NCBI GenBank assembly: GCA_047495785.1
Contig: JBLDXI010000024.1
Location: forward strand, 2,976,001-3,040,000
Source of the DNA: Lepidodermella squamata
Lineage: Eukaryota > Animalia > Gastrotricha
DNA length: 64,000 bases
Direction of reading: 5' to 3'
Both the position numbers and the translations under genes were made by a program. A model generated the notes under the pieces. That model was not told where the DNA came from. It ran no database searches and worked only from the letters and a program-made list of their open reading frames with translations. Positions 1-10,618 of this stretch are shown here, piece by piece; the stretch's first letter is position 1; every line of letters begins with the position of its first letter.

Positions 1-1992
1 TTATTCTCAAAACCGCATCGACGCTTATTATCGATAGCTTGTCATTAATCATTATTGTTTACTAAACAATTGTCACTATAAATAGCAGTGAATTTGAAAA
101 TAAACTTAACTCGTATCGTCATAAAACTGGGACTTATACTCTGCTTACCAACATTGGTTATGGGCCCAGGTCGTTGCAACTAAGCTATATATTCACCGCT
201 GCATTTTTCGCTCTATTTTGTCGTAATTTCGCTACCTACATTTTTGTGGTCATATTCATACGATGACTGACAACCACCACCACCTTAAAAGTGATCCTAT
301 CACTCTAACTGGCGCTGATAACTGGACAGCATGGTTCAAGCAAGTTCGCATCAATCTCGTGTCGGCTGATCTCTGAGGTGTTGTTGCTGGAACCGACCCC
401 GAACCCGACTGGGACCGCGTGGCTGCGCCGACGGTAGAACCGGCCGCGCACGTCGCTTGGTCGAAGAAGCACCTCCGCGCAACTGGTCACATGATTTGCA
501 GTATTTCCGCGTCGATTCTAGGGCTGTTGCCTGACTCGGACAACGCTAAGACAATCATGACCGCACTCAAAGCTCGGTTTGAGAATCCTTCGACTGGTAA
601 CGTGATGTTTTTAACTCAACAGCTTTTCACTACAACGCTGCGTGAGGGTGAATCGCTTACGAATCACCTCCATCGTCTGAGGCGAATTCGCGATCAATTG
701 ACCGCGTTGAGCTCGAACCTGCCGGATTCTCAATATATTGTCATTATTTTGAATAGTCTTCCGGCCAGTTATAACCAGGTGGTAACGGCGCTGCGAATTA
801 CGAAATCTCTCGATTTAACCGATGTCGAAGCTGCTTTGGCAACCGAGGATCTACGACGTCTTACGCTGAAATCGAACAAATCTAATGGAGCGAGCGGTAC
901 GAGTTCAGACGTGGCTTTGAAAACCGGCCACGGTAAGTTCCGTAACAATAAGAAGGCCACCATGGCATGTAGGAACTGTGGTCGGCTGGGGCATTTCGAG
1001 CGCGAATGCCGGTCTCCGAAGGAACCGCAAGCGAATTCTGGCGGCAATGGTCGTCAAAACGGCGGTTACAACGGCTACAATCGCAACAATGGCAACTACA
1101 ACAACGGGCGTAATCCAGGCAAGTCGTCGGGTGGCTACTACGGTAAGCCGCGCGCCAAGATGGTGACGGACGACTACGAGGAGCACGGCGAGCGTGTCTA
1201 CAGCCTGATGGTGCACTACGACGACGAGTACGAGTCGAACGAGCGATGGGTGCTCGACTCCGGCGCTTCGCAGCACATGACGAACCAAATCTCGATGTTC
1301 TGGTCCTACGAGGAGTTACCTGAGGACAGCGAACCGGTCCGTGCGGCTGATGGAAAGCCGATGGCATGTCTTGGCATTGGTACAGTTCGGCTGGCAATGC
1401 AAGAAATCGTTTTGCTGCAAAAAGTACTGTTCGTCCCTGATTTAAAGTGCAGTTTGTTCTCTGTAGGTGCAGCCATTAAGAGCCAGGAATGTCGATTAAT
1501 TTTCGACGAAAATCGTTGTGACATTTTTGATAAGAGCAACGACAAGTTGATCGGAGCAGCTTACCTACTACGCAAGATCTTCATTCTTGATGCTGACGTG
1601 ATCCGGCCAACGAAATTCGCGGCCATCGCGGCCGAACCGATTTCTCTGTGGCACCGTCGTTTGGCGCATTGCAACGAGCAAAAATTGCGTACTATGGCGA
1701 AGCAAGTTGATGGTTTCAAAATCGACCCGAAATCGCAACTTGGTTTCTGCGAACCCTGTGTTGCTGGCAAACAGTCACGTGAACCTCATTTTTCTGTGAA
1801 GATTCGGAGCAAGCGCGTGCTGGAGCGCTGTTTCATCGATCTGTGCGGGAAATTCAGCGTCGAATCGTTCACGCGCAAGTTGTACTTCGTTTTAATTATG
1901 GATGATTACAGCCGCTGGACTCACATTCAATTTCTGGCCAAGAAATCCGACGCTATTGATGCTTTTAAACTTTTTCATACTCAGATAACCGC
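1..1992 (+). mobile_element. Truncated Ty1/copia LTR retrotransposon (3' part of 5' LTR, PBS, gag-protease-partial integrase)
   Basis: LTR-like end ...CCAACA at 153 with upstream TATAAA and AATAAA. Gag zinc knuckle CRNCGRLGHFEREC, protease WVLDSGASQHM, GAG-pre-integrase LWHRRLAH...CEPCVAGKQ, integrase start FIDLCG...MDDYSRW. Similarity ends at about 1992; no RT, RNase H or 3' LTR follows. Confidence 0.93.
156..169 (+). promoter_or_regulatory. Primer-binding site GGTTATGGGCCCAG (copia-type, internal tRNA-iMet fragment primer)
   Basis: Starts 3 nt after the LTR-terminal CA and matches the PBS of Drosophila copia-like elements. Confidence 0.85.
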
Positions 1993-2059
1993 ATATTTAA
2001 GCTCCATAAGCATTTATGCGACAGCTGATCGGAGACTAGTTTTGAAGTTCGTTTGTTAA
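263..2059 (+). pseudogene. copia gag-pol polyprotein, defective
   Basis: ATG at 263 (MTDNHHHLKSDPITLTGADNWTAW) is in frame with ORF 419..2059, but there is a TGA at 374-376 where Trp (LW) is expected. Truncated within integrase. Confidence 0.85.
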
Positions 2060-3011
2060 AAATTCATTTCACATCCATTACCTATATGCGAGCCTTAGGG
2101 CAAGTTGGTTATTAACAGGGAAGTAACGCGTAATAACTGTTGACTCCTGCTTGATGATTGGTCCTCGATTGTACAACAAAATCATGCCGAATTTTACAAC
2201 AAAAACTCATCCTTGTAAGCTGCAATGAGCGAAGCTTGTACATTCCGTGCCACATTCCGTGAGGAATGTTGATGGCTGATCATCCTTGCCATCGAAATCT
2301 AAGAATATTATATTATAATTATATTATAAATATAATATAAAATATAATATATAAGTATATGTCGTAGTCTAATAAGCAATTTAGTCGGATTGGGAATCCA
2401 ACTAGTTTTTTCCAATTTGCTCAAAAACCTGTAATATACCGTGATAATTGATCCAGTACCAAAAGTTGGGGTTAAATAGTAAAATGTTACGCAATTCCCC
2501 TAAAATTCAGAGAAACTAACCCTGAAGAAGGTCGCGGAAGTGGTTTTCTTGGCCGTTCCGTCTCGTTTATTTCGCCGAAATGGCAATGGCCCTACCATAA
2601 CAAAATGTAATTTTGTAAATTGAAATTGGGCGCAAAAATAGCCAAAAATGAATTGCTAACATTGCTTAGCGCTATCAATCGAGAGATTCCAGATTCTAGA
2701 AAATAAGCCGTGATATATAAAACGACCAACGTAGCATTACGCCGCCGTTGACATGACACATATATGATGAAAAAGCTTTAAACAGTTACAATGCCGAAGA
2801 TATCAAACACATCTCAATTATCGATGAGGAGAGAATTTTCGATCAGCTGGCTGAAGCTCCGATGATTGTATTCCTTATCTACTATGATCGACTGTGCAGT
2901 TAATAGAAATTAAAGAGGTGCAACAATAACGACAACGGATAGTATCTTTGGTGTCAGCTATTCCTAGTTGTATTTCTCAGCATCTCAGCTGTCGTTGCCC
3001 GTTGCTCGTTT

Positions 3012-3402
3012 TCAGGCTACTCTGTTTCCACGTCTCAATGTCCCAAGCAGATTTCCCATAAAGTTTTCGACGAAATTAAAGAACATTTCAGCATATTTTG
3101 GCTTGATTGTCTGCACGACGGTTGAAACTAGCTCTCCAACCGAGATGAACACACTGGAAATCCTGCGAACGGAAGCAGGCTCTATCGACGGGGATCCGAC
3201 ACTCCAGAGTGTAACATCCAAGATAGATATCATAGCTGGTACATAAGTCACCAAATATATGAAGAACAGAGTGAATGAGATTTTGAACAAGTAAATCTCA
3301 TGTTTTTGCCACGCAGCTTTGGCACTAATGACGGAGTCTCTACTACCATTGCTAGGAATCATGGCGCTGCGGTGTTGGCCAAGGAACTTGAAAATTGCCA
3401 GA
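3012..3402 (-). pseudogene. C-terminal half (end of TM5, TM6, TM7) of a class A GPCR interrupted by the DNA transposon
   Basis: YLAIFKFLGQH...FKISFTLFFIYLVTYVPAMI...RISSVFISVGELVSTVVQTI. Joins in frame to 12857-13665 once the element and one TA are removed. Confidence 0.85.
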
Positions 3403-3404
3403 TA

Positions 3405-3653
3405 CATGCTGTCGGCAGCGTCATCGGTGCCCATATTGCAAGCCGAAAATCCGCAACGACTGTCACGTTTATTTTTAATTGTTTATTAAATATATTATAT
3501 TAAATAATAATATTGTTAATCGGAATACAATGAAAATATTAAATAGCAACCCCTTCAACGTTCAACACGTTGCTAGGGGGCTCGGATGCGGTTTTTTTTC
3601 CCTAAAGCGGCAGCTGCTTCTAACCACTTGACGTCGTTATTCGCGCCAATCTG
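3405..3653 (+). repeat. Left terminal inverted repeat (249 bp)
   Basis: Reverse complement of 12612-12856 except for three small indels in simple-sequence tracts. Confidence 0.97.
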
Positions 3654-3931
3654 AATATCCCTGTATTGTGACTGCTGATAGCATTGCTTTCGCTTTGCTT
3701 AAGGAATGACTAATTATGTTGATATACCTCGCCCTGCTGTTACGCTAGTTTCGCCAGTTCAGAGTTAGTTCTGCCATGAAGCATTTTCTTATCGGATGGT
3801 TGCTTATAGGTGTTACAAATTAATCACAGATCAAAGTTAATCACAGAACCATACATGATGCATTTCAAGCGGGCATGATGTGTTTACCTCTTTGTTTCAA
3901 CTTTTTAAATGTATCTCTAGATTTTTACTTG

Positions 3932-6639
3932 ATGTCAAATCACAGTCTTGGGTCGGCAGGTTTGTTGAAGAAGTTAATGCTTCCAACTGCAACTACTGAC
4001 GATGCAAGTACCCCTCGTGTTCTTGGAGGTTTCCTTCGATTTCTTTGAAAAAAACTGTGAGTCTCCTTCCTATATTATTTTTCAGTCCTCAATGGTGCCT
4101 CTGCGATTCGGAGATCTCCTATGTTGCCTCTTTCGCCTTTGGTTTTGTCTATTGTCTCTACTCCGAAAGCTGTATTGTCGCCGTATATCGGTATTCTTGC
4201 CATCGATAAAAAAATAGTTGCAATTTACAACTTTATTTCTTACTGGTATTAGCAAACTCTGCTAGTTCAGTTTTGACTGCAGTCACACCGCCTAGAATCG
4301 CCCCCAAGCGGTCGTTAGGCGCAGAAGCTGCTCCTCCTATTGGGCTAACACCGGCTAAAACCGTCCCCAAGCGATTGCTAGAAGGGAAAGCTTTGGAAGA
4401 CTACAAAACAATCCGTTCATTAGGTGAGCATTTTATCTATTATGCCAGAATTTCCCTAATAATTGATTCTCAGAAGCTCAACTTGCTGCTACCAAGAGCA
4501 ATCTTGACGAATGTCGCCGTGAGAGGGACATTTTTAAGACTTTTGTACCTCAAGGATTGGCCCTCAACGTCAAGGAACAAAATCCATTAGCTTTATTGAG
4601 TCGCCAAAAACGATGCGATCGGCACAAAGGGCAGCTAATCAAGCCCTTGAATGCGCTGTTCGGGAGACTATCGAGCTTCGGTAGTTTCTATCCTGTCACC
4701 TCCCTGTCTGTACAAGTTAGTTTTTTTAATTATTGCTCAGAATTCATCTACACCTCACTCGTTGTCTAGGTGAACTTTAGCCATGGTGTTGCTGCAAAGA
4801 AAATTTGGGTTGGTGACGATGAGGCTAGGAAAACAGCCCTTAGAAGGTAAGATTTAAACTATTGCTAGCAATTAGTAGCAACTGATGACTTGTTTTAATC
4901 TAGTCTCGTGCGAGATTACTCCACGAAGTATTGGTCCATGAGGACGGTGTTTAAAATACTAAAAACCTCAACATATCAAATAACTCAGCGCGAATTCGAA
5001 CAAGAAAAGAAAATCCTAGCAAACATCCTGCCCATCCAGGTTGTTGTCGTTCCGGAGGGTAAAGACGTGACCAGTGCTGCTTTCGTGCTTCCTAGTCGTC
5101 AGATACCTTACCTTTTTCGCAATGGAATCGTTCCGAAGCCCGTGGCTCCAACTGTCAACATCCGTATTCAAGGCAAATACATTTTAAACTGAAATTTCCA
5201 ATATTTATTTTTATTTCTTTTCTAGGCGATGGTACGATTTTCCGGACGGGCAAATTTCCTCATTACCGACTCAATTACGGCTTTTTTCATCAGAAAGTCG
5301 CCGTCTCAACTGTAACCGAATACACTGCGGGCGTGTTTTTCGGCAAGGAATCGCGAGAAAACCTGGAATATTTATTGCCAGTATTCGATGATTTTAACGA
5401 GCTGAAAGTTACAGGCCTAACACTTGATGATGGTGTCAAATTAGATGTTACACTGTAAGTTGCCTCAGGCTTTTTCCAGAAGTCATTTATTTCAATATTC
5501 TTTAAATATAGTTCCATTTGCGCTGATCTACCGGCTATTGGCAAGCTGGTTGGAACTAGCCACACCGACGCGCTTGGCTGCCCATGTTGCGTCTTCAATT
5601 TTGTTGACGACGCAAAGCCTTTGAATGTTCTCATCGACGAAAACGATCGCAAGCCGAAGCGCGATCTGCCTTCCAGCCTCGTTAAAATCGACGCTGACGA
5701 CATTTACTGGTGCTCTCTTCACTGTGCCTTGCGTATCGCGTTCCTTGTTCTTCGAGCGGTAAGATCGTCATATCTATTCTCATTGCTCTTATTATATTTT
5801 ATTTTTTTTTATAGTTTTTTCTGTTTATGAAGGAGTCCGTGGTGGATTATGAGCTACGCATCTCCCAACTCGTCCAAAGTTACGACCGAAAGGCAGTTGT
5901 CAGCTTTGAAAAGAGCGAGGTGAAAATCAGCAACATGAATCACCACACGCTTTTCAAGCTGCTATTCGATGCTGACGAACTGTGGTCGCCGATGTCGGTC
6001 TGCAGGGGTGGTTGGGAAGTCGATTACGTCCTGAAGCAGCATCGCGGCTCGAAACCATTTAGCGACTTCCTCGCGCAAAAGCAGATTTCCGCCAAGTCTC
6101 TCACTCGCAAGGAGCTTGCTAGCGCAGCCGTTGACCACGGCTTTTTGGTCGAAGGGTCCCCGATTCAGGCCAAGTTGGTCCAGTTCGCTGAAGCCAAGAA
6201 GCTCTACAAAAAGCTATTCGCTCTAATTCGCTGTAAAGATCAGTCTATTCCGATTCCCGATTCCGACGCAGATTTTCACGCTTTCGCGAACCTCGTCCGT
6301 CGGCTTTCGGGATGCTATACCCCCTACCTTCACATATTTCAATTCCACACTTGGGATAGACTTGAACGTCTTCGCCTCGCTGGAACCTATCTTGCCGCCA
6401 TTTCGGGTGAAAATGTCGAAATCCTGCACAAGATCGGGAAAGAACAGCTTGCGCATCAAGTCTGTCTTATAGGCGGTCATGAGAGTCAGCAGATTATGGA
6501 ATTGTGCAATGTCCGTTTGGCCTCGGATATTGGTGCGAATAATGCTTACATCGAATCTCAGCCAACTGTAGTTACATCAGCTGTCAACTTCAGCGATTCT
6601 AATGATTTCGAGCCATTCGATTTCACGTGCGATTGTTGA
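3932..6639 (+). CDS. DDE transposase of the RAG1-core/Transib/Chapaev (CMC-related) type, about 753 aa, 9 exons
   Basis: Phase-consistent exons 3932-4028, 4086-4190, 4253-4423, 4474-4715, 4770-4846, 4904-5172, 5226-5454, 5512-5758, 5815-6639. Motifs in RAG1 order: IRIQGDG (D1), GKESRENL, ICADLPAI (D2), CPCC, WCSLHC, YTPYLHIFQFH (HxxxxH), ISGENVE (E). The 5' exons are less certain than the core. Confidence 0.85.
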
Positions 6640-7874
6640 TTTTTCTTATTTCAATACGACTAATATTTTGAGTATTAATCTGAGTCTTTCAATGGATGTT
6701 TTGCATGGCTTTGTTGACTAAAAATGAGTATTCGTTCATTACTTTCATTTTTCGATGGCGATCTCGTTGTAGTTATAATTCGCAAAAAATCTTGTTTTCA
6801 ATCTTGACTGAATGATAATTATTTGTGGTCTTAGCTAGTCCCACTAATCGATGGGCAATATATTTGTTTAATGCCGCCTTAATAATTGCTTGTATTACTG
6901 ATTAGAGGATACGTCTCTGAAAATACGTTTTTCAAATAGGAATAATTGTGGTTTCATATATTCATTTTGTATAAAATTGACTACGCCGCTTTTCAATCAA
7001 CACTATGTCTCAGCCGATTAATTCCTCTTTTCTTCGTGACTATTGATCGTTCCATATGTTGTTAACCCGTGCAAACCGACATCGGTGATCAGTTCATCAT
7101 CATCGAATAGCTGTTTGAAAATCGTGTGTTTTATTCTATTTTAATTATCACGTTCTGAGACGTCAACCGCCTTAATGATTTGGGGTCTTACCCAGTCCTA
7201 CCGGTATTTCGATAATTCTCCACCTTAAATAATTACAAAAATTATAATTATATTATTGGAAAAATCTATCCGGTGGAATGTCGGTTTTATGGCCATATAA
7301 AACCGCCTTGATATTGTTTAATAATGTATATTTTCTTCTCTGAGTTCGTTTTTTATAACGAAATCTCGTGCTTGATTAATATGGCGAATTCATTATTTTA
7401 TTATCATCGGCTGGTTTCATTGATATACGCTTTCCGATTTTCGATGAATTCGTATTAATTTAGCTCGACTTTCGTTTTCAGCTATCTCAATATTTTTTGT
7501 GATATTATTCGATAATTTCAAAGTTTTACGCCGATAATGTATAGCGGTATACAAAGCCACCTTAATAATATTTATGAGCTCCTAATTGGAATTATCTCCT
7601 GATTTGCTATAAAATAGCATCCTCTCATTGAAACTCAGCTCTTTCTAAGCCGTTCTGTTATCTCTGCACCGACCTATTAATGGTATTGTTCGATCTTCCG
7701 AGCTAAAAATCTTCACTAATTTGCCATTCGGTAATAAATAAACAGGAAACAAATAAAAAGCATGCCATGCGTGTGTTTTATTACGTGTTAAAAATTGCGA
7801 TTGTACAATATTGCGTTGAAGCAGCCATCATTCATTAGACAAAAAGCAACGAGAAAATCGGACAATTAAATGTA

Positions 7875-8312
7875 TCACTTCTTGAACAAGCGCTTAGGTT
7901 TCGGCGCTGGTTGTATTTTGCCCAGCCTCGAACAAAAGAGCCGAAATAAGATCCGGCGTTCCTGCTTGGCAGCACTGCTGTTGCGATCGTGATCGGGGTA
8001 AAGTCGGTATCGATTGCTCATAAGCACGCGAGGCTCGAGATCGAAATAGGCCGCCACCTCCTCGTCGGTTGTAGGTGTTGTAGGGTGGATACGATTATCA
8101 GGATGCTAAAATATAATATAACATAGAGCCAAATAACAAAAATGAAATTAGACTAAAATTACCTCTTCAGCGGTTTTGCTTGGCGTCGTCTTCTGACGAT
8201 CAGCCACGATTCGGGGTTGTCGCCGTTGTTTCGGGGTACTGGGAGTAGCCTTAACTTTTCGCTCCATGATATCTACCTTACGACAGGGGCGCTTATGACT
8301 TGTTGATGACAT
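7875..8312 (-). CDS. Transposon accessory gene: small basic protein, about 126 aa, with S/T-P sites and C-terminal KRLF
   Basis: Exons 8312-8163 and 8105-7875 with a canonical GT-AG phase-0 intron: MSSTSHKRPCRK...TPSTPKQRR...TTPSK...PAPKPKRLFKK. May instead be the 3' exons of the 8354-8944 gene. Confidence 0.6.
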
Positions 8313-8353
8313 GTTAAATAAAATGAGGTTCTAAAATAAATAAAAAACAGATT

Positions 8354-8944
8354 TTAGAATCGAACTGAATTTATACGAATTATAGCCTTGCAAATGGCTT
8401 GCGGCGAGTTTTCAATAATAGGTTTTTTCATAGAAAACGAGACGTTATTTACAAGGCTAGTTCTAGTGTTTCTTTTCACGGCAAACAGCGAAACGGCAAA
8501 GTCGAAACGGCTGAAAATTTCGGCGAGATGTTCGGCCGATAGTTGAATGTAGCGCTTTTTCTCGCTACAAAATTCAAACATTTTACTCGATATCACATAT
8601 TAGTCACTGTTTACCCACCTTTTAAAAATTTCCAGCTGAGCCAACTTACCTACGGGAAAAACGCAATGACGGGCTACGACCTTGAGCTGATTCAGCATTG
8701 GCTTAGCTGCATCGCGATTAAGCTGGGTTTCGAGTGCTAGAGCCACTTGGTTAGCCAGAAATAGCATTTCTTTTCGGCGATCAAAAACAGCAAAAGGATC
8801 GAACAGCTTGAGTTCAAGGACGCGTACTAGCCGCACTTGTTGCTGTTTCTTTAAGTAATCGTCGACGCGCCGAAATTCAGTCACGGCAGAGCCATAAATC
8901 ACAGGCTTCTTCAAAGTTGCGCGCTCTCGCAAACAATAGGCCAT
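8354..8944 (-). CDS. Transposon accessory gene, unknown function, about 178 aa
   Basis: Exons 8944-8619 and 8564-8354 join ORFs 8600..8944 and 8354..8596 through an AG|GTGGGT...TTGTAG intron. Confidence 0.55.
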
Positions 8945-9755
8945 AATTAAGGTGTATAATTAGTTAATGACAAAACTAAGGATCAAAAATATTCAATAGT
9001 ATTAAATAGGTAGATATATACAGAAATATCGAACAAATTAAGGTGGCTAACTGATGCCCAAACAAAATGAGCAATTAATGAGCGCGCAGCTGGATCAATG
9101 CGTAGAATATAGAAACGCTTGGATGAGAAAAAACTAATGCCGCAATAATTATTATAATAATAGCACCAAGCCGCGGAATAGGCGCACTTTCCGCCTTAAG
9201 TAAAAAGATTTTTAAGGTGGAGAGCGCAATATATGATAAGTCTTATAATAAGTGGTAGAGTTGTAACTGGGCCAAAGTAAAATATTTCGCGAATTTTTGA
9301 TATATGTCACTCAAACCGACCGATGCCGCGAACACATGGAAGATTGAGATCGCTATTTCGACCGATCGTACATCAGAGAGACACACCGTGAATTCACGCC
9401 GCCTTAATAAACGCCGGGCGGCGGGCGCGTTACTGCTTGGAGCGCGCGCACGCATATATAGCTTTACCAGGCACCTTCTAGGCACCAACAGGTGCGCTAT
9501 ACAACCTGAATTTCGACCCTTCCGACCACGGAATGACCACGGAATGACCACGGAAAGGTGTCAATATTTGAGAATAAAAGAATTCAATACGCGCGCAGAA
9601 GAATGGCATACGATCGAACAATCGCACACCTTTCAATGCGCTGCGCGCGCGCATTCGAGTGGATAGGCGCTAATATTATTACGAATTGAAGCAAGTGGGA
9701 AGAGGATGAAAAAAATTAAATACGCCTAAACCGCATAACTGAAAAGTAGCAAAAA

Positions 9756-10367
9756 ATGGGCAGGCGCAGAAATGCAGAGCAACTGGCTCAACATCGCGAA
9801 CAAATGCGGTTGATACGCGCAAATAGGACTCCTGACGAAATAGAGAAAGTTCGTGAGCGCGATCGGCGCCGCAAACAAGCCAAAACTGCGCTAATTCAGT
9901 CCGTCAAATCGCAAGGTAATTTTTGGTGAATTTTTAAGGCTGTTATAAATATATGAATAAAAATGCAGATCAGTGTGGCGCGGTAGCATACTTGCCAACG
10001 GGATGCAACTACTCAGCGCGGACAATAAGCGAACGCGACTTCTTGCGAAAACAAGCATTGATGGCAGAAACGTTCGAGGCGGATAAAATTATTGGTAAAT
10101 TCAAGTTTATTATATTTCCAGCCATATTCATCGCATTAATTTTCAGGGCTGTGCGATTTATCGCCGCTCATCGCCAACACACTGCCTCCACTCTCACCTG
10201 GCGAAATCACGCCACTGCTGGCACCGGACGATGCCGCGCAAACGTGGTGGCAAGAAATTAAAGACGATATGAGAAGCAGCTACCTTTCGCCGCCACTGGC
10301 ACGTTTTCGCATAGCGATTCTACCTAACTGTACTCAAAGCAAAATTCCGGCCATTGAATTTCCATAG
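9756..10367 (+). CDS. Transposon accessory gene, about 168 aa, with a basic charged helical N-terminus (STPR-like, putative DNA binding)
   Basis: Exons 9756-9915, 9969-10094 and 10147-10367 are phase-consistent. N-terminus MGRRRNAEQLAQHREQMRLIRANRTPDEIEKVRERDRRRKQAK. AATAAA lies just after the stop. Confidence 0.65.
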
Positions 10368-10618
10368 AAATAAAACAGAGATATAATAACGCCTTCTTTT
10401 ATTTCAACCGCGCTTTTTCAATCGATCATGAAAATATACCAAAGTTTGAGAAAAATTAAAGATATCGAAATTGCAGCAAGCCATTTGAGGATCAATTCAA
10501 TTCTACTTTGCGAATAAGATCATTCATTATTATACATAATTATTACAAAAATCAGTTCAGACTTTTTCGGCTGTTTCGAACATAGAGAATAATTAGAAAA
10601 AGAAATGCAGTATAATCA

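Noticed and set aside
2110-2600. Possible small minus-strand spliced Cys-containing gene (ECGTECTSFAHC)
   Set aside because: It has an in-frame stop and no reliable start or family motif, so it cannot be supported.
3300-3503. ORFs 3300..3503(+) and 12758..12967(-) sharing HAVGSVIGAHIASRKSATT...
   Set aside because: The shared peptide is simply the TIR translated from each end, not a duplicated gene.
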